Assembly (NCBI GenBank): GCA_030390025.1
Contig: CM059432.1
Location: 37,202,001 to 37,266,000, forward strand
From: Squalus acanthias
Lineage: Eukaryota
Direction: 5' to 3'
Length of the DNA: 64,000 nucleotides
This document shows positions 37,140 through 48,878 of this stretch, in pieces; within the stretch, counting starts at the first letter, position 1; the number at the start of each line of letters is the position of its first letter. The position numbers were made by a program, and so were the translations under genes. The notes below the pieces were generated by a model. The model was not told where the DNA came from, ran no database searches, and was given only the letters and a program-made list of their open reading frames with translations.

Positions 37140-38860
37140 TCTCACAGTGCTGTTAGGGAGGGAGTGAATGTTTAAGGTGGTGGCTGAGGTGCCAATCAAG
37201 CGGGCTGCTTTGTCCTGGATGGTGTCGAGCTTCAAGTGTTACAGCTGCACTCATCCAGGCAAGTGGAGAGTATTCCATCACACTCCTTACTTGTGCCTTG
37301 TAGATGGTGGAAAGGCTTTGGGGAGTCAGGAGGTGAGACACTTGCCGCAGAATACCTAGCCTCTGACCTGCTCTTGTTGCCACAGTGTTTATGTGGCTGG
37401 TCCAGTTAAGTTTCTGGTCAATGGTGACGCCCAGGATGTTGATGGTGGGGGATTCGGCGATGGTAATGCCGTTGAATGTCGAGGGGCAGTGGTTAGACTT
37501 CTCGCTTGTTGGAGATAATCATTGCCTGGCATTTGTGTGGCGCGAATGTTACTTGCCACTTATTAGCCCCAGCCTGGATGTCATCCAGGTCTTGCTGCAT
37601 GCGGGCATGGACTGCTTCATTATCTGAGGAGTTGTGAATGGCACGGAACACTGCAGTCATCAGCGAACATCCCCATTTCTGACCTTATGTTGGAGGGAAG
37701 GTCATTGATGAAGCAGCTGAAGATGGTTGGGCCTAGGACACTGCCCTGAGGAACTCCTGCAGCGATGTCCTGGGGCTGTGATGATTGACCTTCAACCACC
37801 TCATCCATCTTCCTTTGTGCTAGGTATGACTCCAGCCAGTGGAGACTTTTCCCCCCGATTCTGACTTCAGTTTTACTGGGGCTCCTTGATGCCACACTCG
37901 GTCAAATGCTGACTTGATGTGAAGGGCAGTCACTCTCACCTCACCTCTGGAATTCAGCTCCTTTGTCCATGTTTGGACCAAGGCTGTAATGAGGTTGGGA
38001 TCAGAGTGGTCTTGGCGGAACCCAAACTGGGCATCAGTGAGCAGGTTATTGGTGAGTAAGTGCCGCTTGATAGCACTGTCGATACACCTTCCATCACTTT
38101 GCTGCTGATTGAGAGTAGACTGATGGGGTGGTAATTGGCTGGATTGGATTTGTCCTGCTTTTTGTGGACAGGACATACCTGGGCAGTTTTCCACATTGTC
38201 GGATAGATGCCAGTGTCTGGAGCACAAGTCTTAAGCACAACAGCCAGGATGTTGTCAGGGCCTGTAGCCTTTTCTGTATCCAGTGCGCTCAGCCGTTTCT
38301 TGATATCCCGTGGAGTGAATTGAATTGGCTGAAGACTGGCTTCTGTGATGGTGGGGACCTCGTGGAGGCTGATACTGGCTGAATATGGTTACAAATGCTT
38401 AAGTGTTGTCTTTTGCTCTCGCATGCTGGGCTCCGCCATCATTGAGGACAGGGATATTCATGGAGCTTCCTCCTCCCGTTAGTTGTTTAATTGTCCACCA
38501 CCATTCACAACTGGATGTGGCGGGACTGCAGAGCTTTGATCTGATCCGTTGATTGTGGGATCGCTTAGCTCTGTCTATAGCATGCTGCTTCCGCTGTTTA
38601 GCATGCATGTAGTCCTGTGTTGCAGGTTGGCACCTCATTTTTAGGTATGCCTTGTGCTGCTCCTGGTATGCCCTTCTACACTCCTCATTGAACTAGAGTT
38701 GTTCCCCTGCCTTGATGGTAATGGTAGAGTGAGGGATATGCCGGGCCATGAGGTTACAGATTGTGTTGGTATACAATTCTGCTGCTGCTGATGGCCCACA
38801 GCGCCTCATGGATGCCCAGTTTCGAGCTGCTAGATCTGTTATGAATCTATCCCATTCTAC
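37140..38860 (-). mobile_element. Family B CR1-clade LINE RT fragment with internal deletions
   Basis: ORFs 38884-38693, 38638-38399, 38238-37954, 37895-37620 ([15 protein letters not shown]) and 37383-37153. Confidence 0.92.
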
Positions 38861-40114
38861 CCTAAAAGTAACTAGGACAATCAAAACTCAGTCACCAAGA
38901 ATAGTTTGCATACATCTTTTTTGGCATAGACTAAGCAATTGTTTTCTGTACTTTTAGCAGTTGTCAGAGTGTCTAATTCTGTATTTCCACCTATATACCA
39001 CAATGGTAACTGAGCCCATACTGAAATATATTTTGTTTAAATCAAAAATATAGTTTTGTTAAATTAGCTTAACATTCAACTAACTGATTTGCAAAAACAT
39101 ATCTGTTGCTGTTGACACCTTTCATGAAATTAGTTAAGTTCAACTTACTGTGAAACAAAAATCTGAAATTGTCTAGAAAATGATGTCTTCTAGAGTGTAT
39201 TGTGTGTGAATAGTGGCCATTTGTGTAGAGGTGTTTTCACCTTCAGGTGCAATACTCATTATTCAGCTGAAAGTTACATTCACATACATATGTGGATACT
39301 CTAACTGAACACCAATACATTTGTCTGTGCAAGTCATGGCACCTTCAAGGAGACTTCAGCACTTGGGAATGGAGACAACTTACTCAGAAGACAAGAATTC
39401 ACCATTTCCTCAAATATGGAAAAGAGTTGCTATGGCTATGTATGAGCATTATACTATTACTGCAAAAGTGAAATGTTTTTGTTTGAGTACCCAGAGGGGA
39501 AGTTACAAATTAAGGCCATTTATGCCTTTATGCATTTACAACTAAATGAATGCAGATCATGATTAATGAAGGCCCCAATTTATTTATTTTTTAGCAATTT
39601 CTATTTCCTGCCCATCCATAATATCTGAATAAGATTGACAACTTGTCACATTATTGGCAGCTTTGTGCTGAGGACTCCTGCCACAAGGACTTGGTGGAGA
39701 TGACTCAAATTTATTTTACTTGGAGCTCTTACCTCAGAGGATACTGATCACAATTGTCTTGAGGCATATTGGCCCAAAATTTGCAGTAATAACGGTGAAG
39801 CTATCAGTACTCACCGTTGGAGTAAATCAGACAGCAACTTCTGGTGTATGCACATGTGCAGTTAAACGTGGAAATCGGGAATTTGCTGTCAGAGTTGCCC
39901 TGCACCTCCACAAGCTTCGCTCTAACAGTTTCTCGCCCAGAGACTTGGCATTCACATACATGGAAGGGTGTGAATTTGCAGTACTTACCGACTAGATACC
40001 CACTAAACCCATCAGAAAAAGTTGGGGCTTCTCTATTCCAGTATACGTGAATTTTTAACACCTTTATATGCATCAAATAATGGACACCCAGTAGTGAGTT
40101 ACATGCTGGAATGT

Positions 40115-40435
40115 AATTGAGGGACTTTATCAAATGCCTTCTGGAAGACCATATAAATAATATCCATAGACATTCCCCTGTCTACTACTTTAGTCACCTC
40201 TTCAAAAAAAATTCAATCAGGTTTGTCAGGCATGCCCTACCCTTTACAAATCCATGCTGGTTCTCTGATCAGCTGAAAATTTTCAAGGTGTTCAGTCACT
40301 CTATCCTTAATTATAGACTATTAATTTCCCGACAACAAATGTTAGGCAAACTGATCTATAATTCCCTGGTTTCCCTCTCCCCTTTCTTAAATAGTGGAGT
40401 GACTTGTGCAATTTTCCAATCTAAAGGAACCCTTT
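40115..40435 (-). mobile_element. Old CR1 RT fragment
   Basis: Similar to 12915-13220 (ttatcaaatgccttctggaag..., cctttacaaatccatgctg). Confidence 0.7.
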
Positions 40436-40930
40436 CAAGGGCTCTTATGAGTATTCTGCCCTCACTGCGGGTCCTTGAACAGCAGTGCAGGAACACCTGT
40501 TGAAACTTCCTTCACTATCACCCCCACTGCCCCCTCCTTCCGAAGCAATTCCATGTTGCCTCGTGTTCCAGCAGATTGCTGGGATCAGATCTCTTGAGCC
40601 CAGCCAGTCTACAAATGCATTGCCTGAAAGATTGTTTATTTTGTAATAAACCAATTTGAATCTGCCCCCAGAATGTAGTTTTCTCGGTTAATTGTGGAAT
40701 GCTTGGCTATTTAAAAGCCTGATGTTCAGTTCAATTAGAAAGAGAATTAATATAAGTCTTAAACTATAATTCAACATTTCGCATCCAAGTACAGACAACA
40801 TGCTTGGGAAGGAGAGGGGAGATAGCGAAGGAAAGTTCAACAGGTGTGATTGCACTGGGGCCCAAGGACGTGCAGTGAGAGCAGCACCCCTATAAGAGAG
40901 CCCTAGAGAGAGCGCGGAGTAAGTGAGGGC

Positions 40931-41090
40931 AGCGCCTGCACACCGGGGACCGGGAGGGGCGAGCGCCTGCACACCGGGGACCGGGAGGGGCGAGCGCCTG
41001 CACACCGGGGACCGGGAGGGGCGAGCGCCTGCACACCGGGGACCGGGAGGGGCGAGCGCCTGCACACCGGGGACCGGGAGGGGCGAGCGC
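40931..41090. repeat. 31-bp GC-rich minisatellite, five identical copies
   Basis: Unit agcgcctgcacaccggggaccgggaggggcg starting at 40931, 40962, 40993, 41024 and 41055. Confidence 0.97.
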
Positions 41091-43458
41091 GAAAGGAGAA
41101 GACTTGCATTTATATAGTGCCTTTCATGACCTCCGGACGTCCCAAAGCGCTTTACAGATAATGAAGTACTTTTGAAGTGTAGTCACAGTTGTAATGTAGG
41201 AAACGCGGCAGCTAATTTGCGCACACTACAGCAAAAGGGAGCACTTGCACACTACAAACCAAGGTCACCTTCACCCATGTCAATAACTTTACCAATTGGT
41301 CATTTATGCAGCCCCCATCGCTTATAGCGGGCACATTCATGTGAACAAGAATTGCCTGCTCTATGTGATGGCTGATGAATCCATCTGACTCACTAATAAT
41401 TTCCACAAAGGGGCTAGGTGCTGAAACTAACCGCAAAACTAATGCAAATCATCTGCAGAATAGCAGCAAACACTCCAAATGAAGCATCGAGTTTTTCGCC
41501 AGCATAGGACAACTAGGGATGGGCAGGACATGCTGGCCTTGCCAGCATTGCCCACATCTTGAGAATGAATTAAAAATAACACACATTTAGACTTTCATTA
41601 TTTGATTTCTTAAATATATTTTAAATTCAGATCACATCGCCATCTCCATCAAATACATTGACCCCCAAAATTAAAAAGTATACTTGGTGCTGTATATGAA
41701 AGTGGTGTTGCAAGTCCTTTTATTATAATCAGGATTGCTTAATCTCCGCACAAACTAAGTACCAATGGTACAATCGTTAAACCAGTTGCGTGGTTTTTCT
41801 ATATTTTCAAAAAAAATTAAAAAAATTGTAGGGCAACAAAAGTTACTGTTTACTGCATTTTTTTCCAAGTTGATCATCTCCTGGTTTGGACAGTGTAAGT
41901 TTGGAATGGTGGAGCTGCCGTAAGGGTTCTTTACGTGGGGACGTGATTATCAAAAGGTTCTTGAGCCACCCGCAGCCTCTCTGGAAAAGTTGCACTGACA
42001 TCTAGACTAGTTTGGTTATTTGTTTAGATACCAAACATGTTTCAGAGACCTTTTAATTCCAGCTGGTAGAGATTTTCAGAAAAGGAGCTTCACTGCCCGG
42101 ATCAATCTTCGTGTTGCTGTTGAATTTACAGCCCAATAAATTTATTACTGTCATCTACATCTAGCAGTGACGATCTGGAACCAAATATGCAGTAATCCTA
42201 ATGGAACTGCATAAATCAAAAGGAGAGAGAGAAATAGAGAGTAAGAGTGTAAGAGAGGACCGAGAAGAAAGAAAGCACTTAATGACAGGTAATCGCACTG
42301 CGAACAGCTGCTTGAACTGCCTGAAATAGCTGGCCAGCTTAGTACGGTAATTGACGCCTGTGGTAATGGCAAATGGTCAGCTAGCCATATTGGCAGCTGT
42401 CCGGGATAAACGGACTGTAGTAGCTTAGAGAGGTAGTTACATGACATAATGGCATTTAGATTAGTGATGTGCAGTCAAGAAAGATATATAAACTACCAAA
42501 TTGTAACGGGAATTTAGATTTGACCCGGGAATACTGAGCTCAAGAAGTGTATACTAAATAGTTACCATTTCCCTGAATCAAGTCTGTTGGTAAGTACTTC
42601 ACCTTATTTGGAGGATTAAACTTTGAATTAGAAAAGCTTTGCTCGTGACTATTGTTTTACGGTCATTGATTGACCTTCCAATAGGGATCACTGGCTAGTA
42701 CTCAGGAGTCCCTCCCCTCTCCCTTGAGACCAATTGTAGTCCCTTACTGATGCTCAGATCAGCTAATTCAATGCGCTCCAGGATTTGAATTGGGCTTTCC
42801 TTGACGGTAGATCAAACCACTGAACAATTGGAGCAGCAGTATTTCTGGCACTTTGAGGAAGTGCTTTATCACTTTCTCTACTTGAGATCTTTAAAGAGGA
42901 GGAGGAAGTGATTGGGTGGTGAAGTCTGCTGAAGAGTTTTACCTCTTGAGCCTGGATTTGACTGTCTCAACTAGTGGAATGAAAAACTCTTGTGCATTTC
43001 AAGTGATTTGAGTTGAACACCACTGTGAACTTGTGTCCAATTAGGTATTCAGTTGTAAGCTCCACTGAAGCTGCAATGACGAACAGTGTGGGAGATGGAC
43101 AAATTAACAGTACTGCTAAGCCGCATTGCTGAGGCAGACTGAAAGGAGCTATGTTTTGAATTCAGCTTGTGCTGTACATCATCTAGGTGTAAGGCAATGT
43201 AAAGGCAGCTTTGCTCTCCAATTTGCATTTGCTGTACCCAGTCAGAAGTGTTTGCTGGCACTGGGTCCAGAAAGTGCACAAGTTCAAGTCCAAGTCCTCA
43301 TAGTTGATGGCCATCTTGAGTCCAAAAATTCAAATTGGATGTTGTGATATAAATGGACTTGAGTTTTAATATGCTGGATTGGGTGTGTGACTTTGAGAAT
43401 TCTTGTAAGTTTCTGGTCTTATTGGTTAAGTATTTTTGTGATTTTTGTCTTCCAATAG

Positions 43459-43635
43459 GTCAGATGTCAGGAGCTGGGACGATGATGCCAGGGCAACCCA
43501 TGGCAGGCCGTATGATGCCTAACCTTCAGCCGAATATGCCCTCGGGAGCACCCCCCCATCCAAACCCAACCGCTGTACCACCAGCACATGGTAATATGAT
43601 GGGCCCACGACCAGCAGCTGCCACCAATGGCATGT
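43459..43635 (+). CDS. SMARCC1: SMARCC1 penultimate coding exon (177 nt, phase 1-1)
   Basis: Acceptor tttttgtcttccaatag|GT and donor ATGT|gtaagg. Encodes GQMSGAGTMMPGQPMAGRMMP...GNMMGPRPAAATNGM, collinear with recalled human GQIPGPGSMMPGQHMPGRMIP...GNILGPRVPLTAPNGM; phase matches the upstream donor. Confidence 0.93.
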
Positions 43636-45891
43636 GTAAGGTTTTTTCAAAAACGTGCTTTCACTTCTATGTGTAAAGAGCGTAAATATGTCATTCACAT
43701 ACAATGAATTACTTCAAGTAATTTTGCACGTTGGAGACAAAACAAATCAGTGCGATGAATGACCAATTCATGTATGTTTGGTGTTGGTTGACGGAGGAAT
43801 GTTGGCCAGGACATCAAGAGGCAGATGGGGGATTCAATTTTATCTTAATGATGGCCTCCCACCATGTAGCACTGTACTGAAGTGAAGGTTAGATTATGGA
43901 TTGAAGTCATCGTGGGGCTGGAGCCCACTATCTTCTAATTCAGAGGTCGCAGTATTACCAGCTGAGCCAAGATATCGTTGAAAAATACAGCTTTTATAGG
44001 ACTGGAAGGGTCATTGTACTTCAAGATCAGCCAATCGGCCTGCGATCTTAGAGGGAAGGCATAGAAGAAAACTAAATATAAAATCTTTGATTTTTTTTTA
44101 ATCCAGATTTGGTGTAGAATCTCAAATATCTGTTTCATAACAAGTGGGAATTGTCTTTGCATCTTTTGGAGTGATAGGGGAGGGGTGGTGCTAATTTATG
44201 TAAGGATGTGACTCATCCCATGGAGACGGACATTAGGAAACCTGCTATCATTTCATTCCACTGTGTATTCATCAAGCAATACAACTCCCTGCACCTGAAT
44301 CCCACTGACCTGAGGCTATGGTTCTGCATTATGACAAAACTTGCATTTGTATTGCACCTCAAGTCAGTTTAAATGTTGACACTTAATGTGAAGTGGTGGG
44401 CTAACACTCTATCCTTTCATCACTTTGAAGCTTGGTATTGATGGGTCTCAGACTGATGGAATGAAAGCCTCCGCTGCTAGCTCTGAGGATCCTCCGTCCA
44501 ATGAGTTTGCGATTCTCTCGCCCCCAGTTCCTGGTGGACAACAGGGTGCAGCACGAAATTGTCCACGTTTCATTCCAAATTGCCACTGTTTCTGCAATGC
44601 CATTGGGCATCAGTCATTAATATTGGAAATGCCACATTCACACCAGGATTACTTTTTCTTCCTGATTTTTAACCAGATTGAATTCTGGGTTCACCAATCT
44701 GAGTAAAGCAGTGGTTTTCAAAACTTGCTATGTTGCGAATCCCGTGCATATTCCCAGACCCTGTGCAAATACTAACGCACTCCTAGTGACCCTCACTCCT
44801 AACTTCAGAAAGACATCGCCTGCTATCCAAAGGAATATTATCATTGAAGAAAATGTTTTAGAATGCAGCAAATATGGGGTGTTACAACACTGAAACTGGT
44901 AATTTGGCCCATCCCGTCTGGTTTTTCTTCATGAGCCACCTAGTCTAATCGCACTGTCCTCATTCCCCATGCTCTTCAATATTCTTCCTTTGCAAGTAAC
45001 AATCCTTTGTAAGTAACGATCTATAATAAATTCTTGACCCTGCACTGCACCAGACCCAGGTGGACTTGAAATCTCTGCTCTCTGCATGCCCATACGGACT
45101 CTGTGTTACCATACCTTTGTCTGCGACTGTAATGGGGACGTCTGAGCAGGAGTGATCTCCGTTAAGCTTAGTGGAGAGTGACGGTGTTCCTTGGGGGGGT
45201 GAGAATTGCAAGGCCAGTCAGTGCATTGCTCTTGTGCACCCCCAGGTGGCCAGTTATACGACAGTTCTGGCAGGTCACCTGCCACCCGCTCAACTCTCAG
45301 TAGTGAAAGGGGACCTTTTTCCAGTGCTCCGTTCCAAACCGGTTCTTTTTTTCTAATCTAATTTTTTTTTCTCCTTCCCATCTTACTGCTAAATGTTGAC
45401 TCTCGCTGGTATTCTTCCAGTGTTGATGCTTAGACTGTTGCTTAAAAAAAGGGTTAAGGAGACCAAGCAGGAGAGTACATTTACATTGGTGGCTCATGGA
45501 GGAAAACTTGAAGGGCTGAATGAACTATTTCTATGGTTTAACATTCTATGTGCTAGTCTTGGTCATAAGGTGCTAATCGACTGTGGAAGGCACCATAGCA
45601 AAGCCAATGGTCACTGAATAGTGATCTGGAGCAGGAAGCCCAAGCTAACTTTTTTCAACCATGCTTTTTCTGCTGCTTCCTTGGCTGATATTGGCTAACT
45701 CAACACAGACTGGGGACAAACAGCTGTTACGTTTGTAAGCATCCATTAGGAGCCATTCAAGAGCAGCTCAAAGTGGGGTGGTGGGGGAGAGATTTTCTTC
45801 TAAATGATGCAGCTTTTGCAAACTTGCTTCCTTTAATGTGTGGCTGGAGGAGGGAGGGGGGAAATAGAATTGAGCCAAGTTGTCTGTCCCT

Positions 45892-46332
45892 TTCAGTTGT
45901 AGCACTCTCGCCTCTGAGTCAGAAGGGTGTGGGTTCAAGTCCCAGTCCAAGGACTTGAGCACAAAATCTAGGCTGATAGTCCCGTGCAGTATTGAGGGAA
46001 TGCGGTTGTGTCAGAGGTACTGTCTTTCGGATGAGATGTTCTACTGAGACCCCAGCTGCCCCCTCGGGCGGACAGAAAAGATCCTATAGCACTATTGGAA
46101 GAAGCACAGGGGAGTTCTCCCCGGTGTCCTGGCCAATATTTATCCCTCAACCAACACCTAAAAACAGATTATCTGGTCATTATCACAATTCTGTTTCTGG
46201 GATCTTGTGTGGAAATTGGCTTCCGTGTTTCCTGCATTACAGCAGTGACTACACTTCAAAAATACTGAAATAACTAAAGCATTTTGACATGTCCTGAGGT
46301 TGTGACAGGCACTATATAAATGCAAGTCTTTT
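45892..46332 (+). mobile_element. Deu-domain SINE (SacSINE1-like), near full length; partial copies at about 26620-26735(-), 41095-41225(-), 43660-43970(-), 46370-46560(-), 46780-46985(+)
   Basis: tRNA-like head (gggttcaagtccc), Deu core gtctttcggatgaga...aaagatcc.at.gcact...ccccggtgtcctggccaa and L2-like tail gcactatataaatgcaag. Confidence 0.85.
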
Positions 46333-47082
46333 ATCTTTGGCATGGCTCAATTTCACCACATAAAGAGAGAACTTTGTTATCCAACTCCGTTCACATCCTC
46401 AATGTCCTAAAGCACTTCATGACCAATGAGTTCCTTTTGAAGTTTTGTTGGTGAACATGGCAGCCAATTTGTGCATAGCAAGATCTCAAACAGCAATGCA
46501 ATGAATAGGCAGTTAATCTGCTTTTAGTGATGTTGGTTGAGGGATAAATGTTGATCAGGTCACTTAATCCCTTCTCTCCAAAAACAGATTTTGCTCTTGA
46601 CCACATTTATATTGTTTACCTCATTGTTCTTCCCTGTTAACTTACTCCACATGCTCATTAACCTTTAGGGAAAGAGTTGTGCCCGACTTCCCTTCTTACT
46701 CCTAACTTACTCATTTTTAATGTGTCCCTGAACCATGAGGACCTCTTACAACCCAAGTTGTTTCCTCATTTTCAAGCATCAGTTTGGCTCAGTTGGTAGC
46801 ACCCTGTCCTCTGCGTCAAATGCTTTTGACATTCCAACACACCAGGGCATGAGCACATAATCTAAGCAGTGTTGAGGGAGTGCTGCAAGGTACCAACCTT
46901 CCAATGAGATCTTAAATTGAGGTCCTGTTGTCTGCAAGTGGATGTCGTTGGGAAGAGGGTAGAGTTGGTATCCTGGAAGGACGAGATCAAATGGGCAATA
47001 GCCTTTTTCTTTTGAATACACTCTGTGGACTTTTTGTTGTGTGTAAAAGTTTATCGACCTTGTTTGTTGTCTGACTCTGCAG

Positions 47083-47156
47083 ATCCAGGCCCAGCTGTAC
47101 AGCCAGAAGGTGTAGCGGTGCCCACAACGACAGCACCAACGCCTGCAGCACCGTAA
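47083..47156 (+). CDS. SMARCC1: SMARCC1 terminal coding exon
   Basis: Acceptor ttgtctgactctgcag|AT; T+AT makes Tyr. Encodes YPGPAVQPEGVAVPTTTAPTPAAP* (TAA at 47154-47156), resembling the recalled human terminus YPPPP...DGVPPPPAPGPPASAAP*. Confidence 0.88.
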
Positions 47157-47373
47157 CCTGTGTGAATGGAACACGACCACCTGATAGTGTCAGTAGGAGA
47201 CTTAAACAGTGAAACCCAAGCAACCATCTCCTACTCGTCTCTGTCCAGCTACCTCCCTTCTTGAAGACAGCAAGTTACAAAATGCTTGCCGCCCTCACTT
47301 TATTTTTGCTTCCCCCTTTTTATTGCAGTCAATTTTTCTTTTTGGAGTACAGAAATTTCTTTGGCAAAAAAAT

Positions 47374-47379
47374 AATAAA
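47374..47379 (+). promoter_or_regulatory. Candidate proximal polyadenylation signal of SMARCC1
   Basis: AATAAA about 220 nt after the stop, followed by CA dinucleotides and a U/GU-rich stretch (ctgtttttggtgg). Usage unproven. Confidence 0.5.
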
Positions 47380-48552
47380 ACACATTGTAGTCACTTTTTC
47401 CACAAACAAACTGGGTTACTTGTCTACCTCCCTGTTTTTGGTGGATTTCATGGCAACTGGGTGCTTCCTCTACCCTACCTCCTTTCTGGTCTTTGTAGTG
47501 AAATAGACTGGTTAGTTAGTGGAGTTCATTCATGATAAAAGATGGTGTCCCTTTCAGTAGGCAGTTCTGTACAGCTGCTTCAACAGCAACACAAAGTTTT
47601 CAGCTGGAAAGAATACAAAATATTTTATCAATGTATGTGTAGACTATTGACTCGAAGGCAGCATTGTTGGAGGAGCAAAGCCTTGCTGCCTCTCTAATGT
47701 TTGCCAAGTTTAATCAACTAGTGGAGTTTCTTGCTCTATTCCTCTCTCCCTCCCCCCACTTTCCCTTCAGTTTTCTCTCCTCGTGAAATTACTGACTTGT
47801 CATAGGGTTCCTGGTCATTACCCTCTGGTACCTCATCCATATGGCCATTCTTTGTGTTTTTGGCCGAAACAGTGAGTGAGGGCTGGGGCACCACAGCTGA
47901 TCCTGATCGCACCTGATGTTGATGCATCTTTCTTTGCAGCACCAGTCTGTGGATAGCAATCAGGAGTGGAAACCCTGATTGAATTTGTTTTTTCTACCTG
48001 CTGGAGACCACCCAGTGTCCCCACACCACAACTGTCTTGGTTGAAAGTGACCAGGCCAGAGGTGGAATGTGGGTGCTTCCTGGCCTGTAAATTTACAAAC
48101 TGAATCATGGGCACACGGGCATGTTTTTAAGTTCCAAACAACCTCTGCGAACTCTACACGAAGGATAACAAAACAAAAAATACAGTTCTTCAAGTCAAAA
48201 GTGCATCTACTGGTTTGGTCAGCTATATCAAAATTGCATAACAAGTTAAGAAATCTTTGGCCAGAGCGAAATGCATTCCTTTACTACGTTGAATTCTGTT
48301 TTGCAGGTAGGTTTAACAATAGGTGAGCTGTGGTTTACAGATAGTATAGTGATTATGCCCTCATGGCTGGAATACTCACTTTTAGCTCAGGGCCACAATT
48401 GTCCTTGAGCAGTGAGGTTACTCGTATAGAATTACCATACAGGAACTACATCTGCTTCATTCTTCAAAAAAAAGTATTATGCTCTCACTCGCGCAAACCC
48501 TGGAGAATTCAGGTTCACTGGCACGGAGTATCAGATCTGGGGAGGGTCTACA

Positions 48553-48878
48553 TTTTTTTGCGTCACTAGCAAGGCCAGCATTTATTGCCCATAACTGAGT
48601 AGGCAGTTAAGAGTCAACCACATTGCTGTGGATCTGGAGTCGCATGTAGGCCAGGTAAGGACGGCAGATTTCCTTCCCTAAAGGACATTAGTGAACCAGA
48701 TGGGTTTTTATGACAATCCGGTAGTTTCATGGTCATCATTACTGATTCCAGATTAATTTATTAACTGAATTTAAATTCCCCAGTTGTAGTGGTGGGATCT
48801 GAACTCATGTCTCCTGATCATTAGTCCAGGCCTCTGATTACTGGTCCAGTTACATAACCACTACGCTACCGTTCCCAT
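48553..48878 (-). mobile_element. tRNA-head SINE with family B LINE tail
   Basis: Reverse complement reads ggtagcgtagtggttatg..actggac...cactaatgtcctttagggaaggaaa...gggcaataaatgctggccttgc. Confidence 0.8.

Noticed and set aside
44709..44892. hAT-Charlie-like MITE (CAGTGGTTTTCAAA...AACACTG)
   Set aside because: Terminal match is only about 5 bp and there is no 8-bp TSD.
47806..47871. Alternative SMARCC1 terminal exon with AG/GT boundaries
   Set aside because: Lies in the antisense of a SINE remnant and encodes an implausible hydrophobic peptide.
47736..48114. Minus-strand ORFs with an apparent acceptor, as the last exon of a convergent gene
   Set aside because: The sequence matches the old SINE-like family (cctgattgctatcc, aagaatggcca) and I recognise no protein.
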